From Actinomycetota bacterium (lineage in GTDB: Bacteria > Actinomycetota > Acidimicrobiia > Acidimicrobiales > Ilumatobacteraceae): DNA of 62,304 bases. The notes below the pieces were generated by a model, which was not told where the DNA came from, did not search any database, and saw only the letters and a program-made list of their open reading frames with translations. Each line of letters begins with the position of its first letter. Position 1 is the first letter of the stretch. The DNA is taken from NCBI GenBank assembly GCA_027730505.1, contig JAQCGT010000001.1, forward strand, positions 1 through 62,304. The letters are read 5' to 3'. Shown piece by piece: positions 27,733-35,282 of the stretch. A program made the translations under genes and the position numbers.

Positions 27733-28368
27733 TCAGGCGTTTGAACAGGCCACGTCGCCCGGCCTGAACTGGGGAGTCGAATGCACCCGGGCCGACACCG
27801 CTCCAACTCCGGGGACGTCGAGTCGCCCTTGAGCTGTGCCGTCACTGGCGAGCGGTGCTTCGAACCGGCGACCTCCATCGTCCCACTCGAGCGCAACGTA
27901 GACAGTGATTCCGGGTTGATTCGATTCAATCGACAGGTCGACTTGTCGGTTGTCGCCGGCTGTTCCGACCACCGGAACCACAGTGATCGTGCAGTCGATG
28001 GAGGTGCCGTCGAGCATCGAGGGGGCTGTGGACACGGGGAGGGTCTCGTCGGTCTCGCCCGGCCCGTCGGTCGTTGGCACCGTTGGCTCGATCGTTGTGG
28101 TGGACGTTGAGGCAACATCGCCCGTCTCGGTGGTTGTGGTTGGCGTGGCGGTCGTCGCCGTTGTCGATGTCGTCACGACAGTGGTCGAGATTGCCGGCGC
28201 AACGGTCGTTGTCGGCGGAACCGTCGTCGTGGTTGAGGTCATTGTCGTCGGTGAAGGGATTGTGCTCGGTGATGATGGTGCCGTCGACGAAGGCTCGCTT
28301 CCGCATGCAACGGTCGTCAGCGTGGTTGCAGCCAAAATGACCGAGACCGTGACTCGAGAGCGATACAT
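27733..28368 (-). CDS. Secreted (possibly lipid-anchored) Thr-rich protein with a C-terminal beta-rich domain
   Basis: Start chosen at MYRSRVTVSVILAATTLTTVACGS (ATG 28368). A long T/P low-complexity linker is followed by a ~100-aa ordered domain (IDCTITVVPVVG...VYVALEWDDGG...). Confidence 0.6.
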   Translation of the reverse strand: MYRSRVTVSVILAATTLTTVACGSEPSSTAPSSPSTIPSPTTMTSTTTTVPPTTTVAPAISTTVVTTSTTATTATPTTTTETGDVASTSTTTIEPTVPTTDGPGETDETLPVSTAPSMLDGTSIDCTITVVPVVGTAGDNRQVDLSIESNQPGITVYVALEWDDGGRRFEAPLASDGTAQGRLDVPGVGAVSARVHSTPQFRPGDVACSNA

Positions 28369-28570
28369 GTACCTGATGCTACGACGGTGAGAGGAACAGA
28401 TTTGGTTAGAGACCAGGGCTCCCCCTAGTTCTCGGTAGATATGTGCGTTTACCAACTGTTCATCCCAATTTGCTGACCTCATCGCAGGGTCGACTAGTCT
28501 AAGACGGAAGTCGCAGTGCGTCTCGTTGACAATTGATGGGGCACTGTCTACGTGACAGGGGTGTAGTTCG

Positions 28571-31500
28571 ATGGTTGAAGAGACGTTTGTGCCGAAGACG
28601 CTGGCAGATCAACTGCGGGCCCGTCGTCGTCGTATGTCGATCATTGCGGCGACGCTGATGGCCTTGGCGAGTGTGCCAATTTCAATGGGCACTGCGCAAG
28701 CCGATGGTGCAATCGATCTCGATGGCGGTGAGATGTCCATCGAAACGTCGAATGAATCAACCGCCCCCGCGGCTGAGCCGACGATGTCCGATGCTGAGGT
28801 CGAAGCGATGCTGCGCTCGGGGCGTCCCGTCATGGCGTCAGCGGTCACCTTCGGTGGTCGCATCGTCTCGAGCGGTGGTTCGACCATTTCAGGGGCTCGG
28901 GTCGAGGGTCAGAATTGGGGAGACGAGGCATGTTTCGGCGAGCAACCGCCAGATCGATGCTTCCTCGAGCCGACCGACTCGACCGGAACCTTCAGTTACG
29001 TACTTTCGGACGGACTGTGGGGAATAAGGATCAGCCCTCCGCTTGGATCATCATTCGCCACGCTCGAGTTCTTGGTCGAGGTTGATGGAAACTCAGTGAG
29101 CGCTCGTTCGCCGTTCTCGGGGGAGTTCTACTGCGGTGAGGATGCCGCTCCTTGTTCCTCCTCGACGGTTTTCGTTCTTGAGGAGCCGAACTTCCCTGTG
29201 GTGGTTGTCGATCAAGACGGCACGCCCGTGCCTCGAGCATGGGTGAACGTTGAGGAATGGGTCGGCATGGACAATGAGATGGGCTGGCCGTGGATGACAG
29301 CGACGGGAATGGAGACGGGCTCCAGCGAGTTCGGCGGTACCGACGGCCAAGCAGAACTCGCCATCAGCCAGACCAACTTCTACCGGCTGCAGATCAACAA
29401 GCCTTGGGAGGGAGCGGCGGACGTCGTCAACACGTCGTTCTACGTTCGGGTTGCGGTTGGCGAAGATGGCTCCGTGACCAACGTTGAGCGATGCGAATTC
29501 GTGAATGATGGCCCCGAGTCGGTGGAGCCGACATGCTCCGGGACCGTGGCATCACGCGACGGTCGGTATGTGTTTGTGATGCAGCGTCCAAATCTTCTGC
29601 TCCAAGTGTGCGCTCCTGGATCCGGTTGCGCCCCCGTTCCTGCCTTTGTGGGGATGGATTACTGTGAGATTTCTGATTTCGGGGAGTTCTGTGAGTGGCT
29701 CGGTGGCTCCGATGCCCGTGACGACGGTCTCGTCGGATTGGCCGTTCCTGAGTCCGGCACCTATCGGATTCGAATGGAGAGGGCGTGGGACTACACGGGT
29801 CCGCCGCTTGCAGTGACCACCGTCACAGTTGAGGTGACCTTGTCGTCGAGTGGAGCCGTTGAGAACGTAGATGGTCTGACAAAGTCCGGAGATCGCTATC
29901 AGATTCGCTTTAAGGCGCCAAATGTGGTCGGGACGTTGACCTACCCGGATGACGGTTCCGCCCTCGCCGGCACCCCGGTCGAGAGGGGTCACATTCACCC
30001 CGAGGTATGGAACGAAGAGGGTCAGCACTACACGTGGAGCCCCGATGTGCAGGGCGCCAACACCGATGAGGACGGCAACTTCGCGATGTCCCTCCCCGCC
30101 GGGGACTACAAAGTTCGTTTTGATGGGAGCGAGGGCTACGCCGCCCGCATCGTCTACATCAGGGTCGACTCCGAGACGGTGGCGTGTGTGGGTCGCACCG
30201 AAGCCAACGACGACGCTCCCGGGGGCAGCGGCAGCGTGCGTCCGCAGGCCGGTTCATCGTGCTCGTCGCCCCAACGCTTTGACATCACACTCAATACGCC
30301 GAACCTGACGGGTCTGGTGCTCGCCGGCGACGAGCCCCAGTCTTACACTTGGGTGAACGTCGAGGTCTGGGAGAGTGAAGCTGGCTACTGGCAGGGCGGA
30401 GCGCTCAACGTGGATACCGATTCGGCCGGTCGCTTCGCCGCCCGATTGGACACAGCGGGTGTGTATCGATTCAGGTTCGAACCCCGTTGGGATGCAACCG
30501 ACTATGCGCCGACGAGTCGATACGTCGTGGTCTGCGGAAGTGGCGACGCGGCCACGCTGGCATATGCCGATTCGGCGACTGTTGCAACCGAGTGGGACTG
30601 CGAAACGCCGACCTCGACAATGTCATCGACGCTCACCTCCAACGTCGCGCTCGATGGAGCGAACTTCGTGGGCCGTGTTGTCTACGGCGATCAGGGTCTT
30701 GGTGACGTTTGGATTGACATGCATACATGTGATGAGAGCGGCCGGTGCGACTGGGAGGGCGGTGTGAACACCCGCCGTGGCGGTCGCGGTCAGAGCGCAG
30801 AGAGCCAGGGTCGATTCGGAACCTCACTGGTCGACAAGGACACATCCGATGAGTTGGCCACCGAGTACCGGGTCAATGTGAACCCTCCGCACAGTTCGTC
30901 GATCGGCGTCGTGCGCCAATCGTTCCGGATCTACGCCTACTCGGATTGGGAGAATCGAAACATCTGCGTCGGCGAGGAGAATTTCGATGACTCAGGTGAC
31001 GTGCCCGCGTGTTCTCCAGAGGGCACCTACGGAGCCGACAAGCCCATCACGATTACGATGACAACGGGCAACATGCCTGGCCGACTGGTTGTGCCGGGCG
31101 CTGAGTGTTCGGCGCTGACAGCGGAGGCATGCCCCGGCGTGGGTGACGGCTGGATCGAGGTTCGCGAATGGCGTCAATTGCCATGGAACGTGAGCGAGTA
31201 TGGCTGGGACTGGACCGAGAATGGCACCAACTCGAATGGTGGTTGGGGCAATCAGGATCTGAAGGGCACGTTCAACCTCGATCTCGCGGGCTCTGACGAT
31301 GACACTGCGCCGGCGCTCTATCAGGTGATCGGCAATCCGGGCTGGAACAGCAGCGACGGTTACGCCAAGCGCACGGTCACCGTGTACGTCGATGAGAACG
31401 ATGACTGGTGTGTGATCACCGCTGAGCAGCAGTCGAACGCACGAAACCTCGTCAATCCGTATGGAGACGACGGGCTGTGCACGCCGAATGGCGACAACGA

Positions 31501-33121
31501 CAATCGAGAAGACGCTGTCGAGGGTCTCACGCTCGAACTCGTCGGAGCCAACATCAAGGGAATGATCTATGCCCCGAGCGACGGCGGTGAAGCGCCCATG
31601 GCCGTGGGTGATGCGCACATCGGCCTTGAGCGCATGACGACACAGATCTGGTGCTCGGATGATGACATTGAGAATGCTCCCGACGGAGACGACACCGACG
31701 GCGACGGATACCCGGACTGGTGCGTAGGAGAATGGTCAGAGTGGATCGGGGGCAGCCCGTCCGCTCAGTTCGGCGCTAACAAGGGTGCATTCGCACTCAG
31801 CGTCGATGAACCCGGTAATTACCGCCTGCGTGTCGACGTTCCTTGGAACTGGAACGGCGCCGTTGAACTCGCACCGTTCAGCGTTGACTTCACCGTGCCA
31901 CCAACCGGTGGCTGCGGTGACGGCGACAAGAGCCCGGATACGTGCGACGTCACCGGTCTTGACTCATCGAATTTCACCTACGTGGCGGAATCAGAGTCAT
32001 TCCTCGCCCAGTTCCCGGCGCCGACCATCTCCGGTGTGCTCTACGACCAAGACGGCGCCGCCACTGTCGGTGGAGGCTGGATCTCGATCCATGACTCCGA
32101 GTCCGGGGCGTGGGTTGCCGGTACCGGCACGGTGTGGGACGGTCGCCGTGAGGGCCGTTTCGCCGCCAGCCTCGATCCCGGTTCGTATCGGGTGGAGTTC
32201 TGGCCGAATTGGGAAGATCGCGATTCGGGTGTTCGGAACATCGTGGATGTCGTCGTCGACGGCGACGGCAACCTCTCAGGCGAGTACGACGGCGGATGCC
32301 CAAGCGGGGTGGAACTGTCCGATCAGGACACATGCTTGAGGCGTGCCGCTATCGATGGACCGGTGTTGTTCCGGGCGGATGACTGCGATTCGGCTGACTG
32401 TGCGACCCGTATGTCGTGGGCGCACGCCGAGGCACTCAGTTGCGTGGACGGAACCACCTCGCCGAATCCAGATGAGTGCTACAACTGGGTTGAGTGGGCC
32501 GACACCCAAGAGGACACCGAGGAGCGGCCAGCAAGTCTGAAGATGGCGCTCGACGACGGCCTGTACCTGGTGCGGGTGCATCCCAACTGGGATCAGAAGG
32601 CGACTCGTCCGATGGAACTGGCGGTGCAGATCACCGACGGGGCCCTCGCTGACTGCTCCTATGGCTTCGGTGGAGATTGCTACGTCGAGGACGAGGACGG
32701 AGCCAAGTCGTTCGCTGCCGACTTCGACGCAGTGCCGCCGAACGTGTTCATCCGAGTCGAGGGTGCTGGTGGCCACGTGGTCGAGAGCAGTCGCTATGTG
32801 ATCATCGAGTCATGCTCGAGACTCGAGGGTGGTGAGTGTCCTAACAGCGATGACACCGTTGAGGTAGGTCGGTATCTCGCCAAGTACTCGGTGATCAGGG
32901 AAGCGCCGTCGCTCGACCTGTTCCTCGACTTCGGCGATGACGATCACTCGGACGGCGTCACCGTGGCTGAGTACTACAAGGTGACGGTGTTGCCGCTTGC
33001 CGGCACGGATGACAAGGGATCAGCCGGGAAGGTCGCAATGGTGACCGAGGCGAAGATCCGAACCGACAACCCGGACGACTACCGGACGGTGCTCACCCTC
33101 GACGCGCAGATTCAAAGCTGA
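28571..33121 (+). CDS. Giant (1516 aa) secreted protein made of about 10 diverged tandem ~130-150-aa beta-sandwich-like modules (carboxypeptidase-regulatory-like pattern)
   Basis: The N-terminal signal is RARRRRMSIIAATLMALASVPISMGTAQA/DG. A recurrent module pattern is described in the findings. No LPXTG motif, C-terminal TM or lipobox. Confidence 0.8.
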   Translation: MVEETFVPKTLADQLRARRRRMSIIAATLMALASVPISMGTAQADGAIDLDGGEMSIETSNESTAPAAEPTMSDAEVEAMLRSGRPVMASAVTFGGRIVSSGGSTISGARVEGQNWGDEACFGEQPPDRCFLEPTDSTGTFSYVLSDGLWGIRISPPLGSSFATLEFLVEVDGNSVSARSPFSGEFYCGEDAAPCSSSTVFVLEEPNFPVVVVDQDGTPVPRAWVNVEEWVGMDNEMGWPWMTATGMETGSSEFGGTDGQAELAISQTNFYRLQINKPWEGAADVVNTSFYVRVAVGEDGSVTNVERCEFVNDGPESVEPTCSGTVASRDGRYVFVMQRPNLLLQVCAPGSGCAPVPAFVGMDYCEISDFGEFCEWLGGSDARDDGLVGLAVPESGTYRIRMERAWDYTGPPLAVTTVTVEVTLSSSGAVENVDGLTKSGDRYQIRFKAPNVVGTLTYPDDGSALAGTPVERGHIHPEVWNEEGQHYTWSPDVQGANTDEDGNFAMSLPAGDYKVRFDGSEGYAARIVYIRVDSETVACVGRTEANDDAPGGSGSVRPQAGSSCSSPQRFDITLNTPNLTGLVLAGDEPQSYTWVNVEVWESEAGYWQGGALNVDTDSAGRFAARLDTAGVYRFRFEPRWDATDYAPTSRYVVVCGSGDAATLAYADSATVATEWDCETPTSTMSSTLTSNVALDGANFVGRVVYGDQGLGDVWIDMHTCDESGRCDWEGGVNTRRGGRGQSAESQGRFGTSLVDKDTSDELATEYRVNVNPPHSSSIGVVRQSFRIYAYSDWENRNICVGEENFDDSGDVPACSPEGTYGADKPITITMTTGNMPGRLVVPGAECSALTAEACPGVGDGWIEVREWRQLPWNVSEYGWDWTENGTNSNGGWGNQDLKGTFNLDLAGSDDDTAPALYQVIGNPGWNSSDGYAKRTVTVYVDENDDWCVITAEQQSNARNLVNPYGDDGLCTPNGDNDNREDAVEGLTLELVGANIKGMIYAPSDGGEAPMAVGDAHIGLERMTTQIWCSDDDIENAPDGDDTDGDGYPDWCVGEWSEWIGGSPSAQFGANKGAFALSVDEPGNYRLRVDVPWNWNGAVELAPFSVDFTVPPTGGCGDGDKSPDTCDVTGLDSSNFTYVAESESFLAQFPAPTISGVLYDQDGAATVGGGWISIHDSESGAWVAGTGTVWDGRREGRFAASLDPGSYRVEFWPNWEDRDSGVRNIVDVVVDGDGNLSGEYDGGCPSGVELSDQDTCLRRAAIDGPVLFRADDCDSADCATRMSWAHAEALSCVDGTTSPNPDECYNWVEWADTQEDTEERPASLKMALDDGLYLVRVHPNWDQKATRPMELAVQITDGALADCSYGFGGDCYVEDEDGAKSFAADFDAVPPNVFIRVEGAGGHVVESSRYVIIESCSRLEGGECPNSDDTVEVGRYLAKYSVIREAPSLDLFLDFGDDDHSDGVTVAEYYKVTVLPLAGTDDKGSAGKVAMVTEAKIRTDNPDDYRTVLTLDAQIQS

Positions 33122-33143
33122 GTCGACGCCAGGAAGGACCACG

Positions 33144-34634
33144 ATGATGCGTAGGACACTCATGAGCTTGGCGACGGCTATGGCCGTAATTGGTGCGACG
33201 ATGACTGCTGCTGGCCAGGTCGCGGTCGCTAGTGAGCGTGCGACGAATTTGGTCGCCACGCCGGGTAATCGTCAGATCCGTCTCGACTGGACCGAACCGT
33301 CCACCATTCCTAGTGGCTACTCGTTGCTCGGTTACTACGTGGTGGTCTACAACGAGGATGACACCGAACTCGGCCGCAAGGAGTGCACCAACACGGCCGG
33401 CTCCGACGAGTCGTGCACGATCAGCAGCGATATCGATGGAGACACCGGCACCGGCGACACCACCGCTGACGACCTTCAGAACGGTGTCCCGTACGCCTTG
33501 TCCGTGATCCCGCGATGGGAGGACGCCTCTCGTGTTGAACAAGTCGGTGACGACAATGAATCCGAGCGGGTGACGGCGACGCCGCGCACCGTGCCCGATG
33601 CCCCGGTGAACCCGGCAGTGGCCTTCACCGGTGAGAGCGAGATCTCGAGTGGTGAATTGCCGACTGTCTCTGCTGTCGTCTCCTGGCAGAAGCCGGACGA
33701 TGGGGGTGCCACCATCGACCAGTATGACGCGGTGCCGGTTGACGCCGATGGTGACGCCATTGGTCCCGACGGCGATAGTGCGACCACCGGTGACAACAGC
33801 GACGGTTGTTCAGCGGCCGGCGAGGAGTCGGTGCGTTGCACCATGTCGGGCCTGGCGCTGAACTCGTCGTTCTATTTCGCTGTGTCCGCAACGAACGACG
33901 CGGGAGAGTCGGATGCAGCCCAGAGCGCGCAGTTGATCACACCGCCCGGGCCGCCGAGCATCACCTCGATTTCGCAAACGTCCTCGGGCGTTGTGGTGAT
34001 CTGGACAGCTCCAACGGGTGACGCTGCGATCACCGAGTACACGGTCGAAGCGCTTGACGGCGATGGGGAAGTGGCTGGTTCTTCAACATGGACCAGTGGC
34101 TCCTTGCGTGCCACCATTGCTGACCTCACCGAGGGGGAGCGGTACACCTTCCAGGTGACGGCTCAGAACACAAGCACCTATGAAGGAAATCCGCTTGGCG
34201 CCGGCTACGGCGTTGCAGGCGAGTTCAACCAAGCGGTGACCATCTCCTCTACGGCATCGGGATCGTTCGAGCCGTTGACGCCGGTGCGGATTATGAATAC
34301 GCGTGATGGTGACAAGGTCGGGTCGTTGGATGTGGCTGGTGATTCTGAGGCCTATGAGTTGCAGGTGACCGGTGTGGCTGGTGTGCCTGCTGATGGTGTG
34401 GCTGCGGTTGCGTTGAATGTGACGGCGGTGTCGACTGAGGCGAATGACTTTGGTGGGTATGTGACGGTGTATCCGTGTGGGACGCGTCCTGATGCGAGCA
34501 ATCTGAATTTCGTGTCGGGTCAGACGATTCCGAATTCGGTGATTGCTCCGGTGTCGTCTGCGGGGAAGGTGTGTTTCTACGTGTACGGCAAGGCGCATCT
34601 GCTCGCGGATGTGTCCGGCTATTTCGGTACGTGA
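33144..34634 (+). CDS. Secreted protein with 3 fibronectin type III-like domains plus a C-terminal ~120-aa uncharacterised module
   Basis: The signal peptide is MMRRTLMSLATAMAVIGATMTAAGQVAVA. FN3 patterns include IRLDWTEP...YYVVVY, VSWQKPDDGGATIDQYD and VVIWTAP..ITEYTV...ERYTFQVTAQN. The C-terminal module is described in the findings. Confidence 0.75.
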   Translation: MMRRTLMSLATAMAVIGATMTAAGQVAVASERATNLVATPGNRQIRLDWTEPSTIPSGYSLLGYYVVVYNEDDTELGRKECTNTAGSDESCTISSDIDGDTGTGDTTADDLQNGVPYALSVIPRWEDASRVEQVGDDNESERVTATPRTVPDAPVNPAVAFTGESEISSGELPTVSAVVSWQKPDDGGATIDQYDAVPVDADGDAIGPDGDSATTGDNSDGCSAAGEESVRCTMSGLALNSSFYFAVSATNDAGESDAAQSAQLITPPGPPSITSISQTSSGVVVIWTAPTGDAAITEYTVEALDGDGEVAGSSTWTSGSLRATIADLTEGERYTFQVTAQNTSTYEGNPLGAGYGVAGEFNQAVTISSTASGSFEPLTPVRIMNTRDGDKVGSLDVAGDSEAYELQVTGVAGVPADGVAAVALNVTAVSTEANDFGGYVTVYPCGTRPDASNLNFVSGQTIPNSVIAPVSSAGKVCFYVYGKAHLLADVSGYFGT

Positions 34635-34670
34635 TCCGGTGAGCCACGCGCTTCCCGTGAGCGAGGAACG

Positions 34671-35225
34671 ATGAGCGAGTTCCCACCGCCGCCTCCGCCA
34701 CCCGCTTACTCCGGGTCGGACGTGTGGGCCACCGACTCGGCGGGACATGCAGGGTTCGGGGCTCGCCTCGGGGCGTATCTCCTCGATGTTGTCCTGTATG
34801 GAATCGTGACGGTCGTCGTTGTCGTGATCGCGGTGGTGCTCGGTGTCGCTGCGTTCGCTGACTGCTCCCTTGTCGATTACTCCGACGGGACGTCAGACAT
34901 CGTGTGCCCCGACGGATCGCCTTCCGCCGCACTCTTGCTGGGAGCGATAGCTGTGGGCGTCATCGGTGTTCTCGGTGTGGCGCTGCTCTACCTGATCCCA
35001 CTGGGCCGCACCGGACAGACCTGGGGACGACGGATTGTGGGCATCAAGGTGGTGCGCGTCGGTACGGGCGCAGCACCGGGATTCTGGCGGGCAGTCGGTC
35101 GCCAACTCTTCGCCGGGATCATCTCTGCCAACGTGCTCTACCTCGGGTATCTGTGGATGCTGTGGGACTCGGACCGCCAGACCTGGCACGACAAGGTCAG
35201 CGGCACCATTGTCGTCAGGTCCTGA
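34671..35225 (+). CDS. RDD-family membrane protein
   Basis: A Pro-rich N-terminus is followed by AGFGARLGAYLLDVVL, TM helices, GQTWGRRIVGIKVV and WHDKVSGTIVV. These are the RDD domain hallmarks. Confidence 0.75.
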   Translation: MSEFPPPPPPPAYSGSDVWATDSAGHAGFGARLGAYLLDVVLYGIVTVVVVVIAVVLGVAAFADCSLVDYSDGTSDIVCPDGSPSAALLLGAIAVGVIGVLGVALLYLIPLGRTGQTWGRRIVGIKVVRVGTGAAPGFWRAVGRQLFAGIISANVLYLGYLWMLWDSDRQTWHDKVSGTIVVRS

Positions 35226-35282
35226 TATCAATTCTGCGGAGAGTCGCGACGTGCCGGACGTCACGGCTAAGGTTCTACGCCA

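Noticed and set aside
28526-28554. A sigma-70-type promoter for the giant gene: TTGACA (28526-28531), 17 nt, then TACGTG (28549-28554), overlapping the small palindrome ctgtc-tacgt-gacag (28544-28558).
   Set aside because: The -35 is perfect but the -10 is poor because it lacks the invariant final T. The implied leader would be only about 10 nt with no clear RBS. This is too weak to report as a feature.
28571-28700. A twin-arginine (Tat) signal on the 1516-aa protein (RARRRRMSIIAA…AQA).
   Set aside because: The Arg run does not fit the S/T-R-R-x-F-L-K context well. An internal Met (28634) could be the true start, which would give an ordinary Sec-type signal. This cannot be decided from sequence alone.
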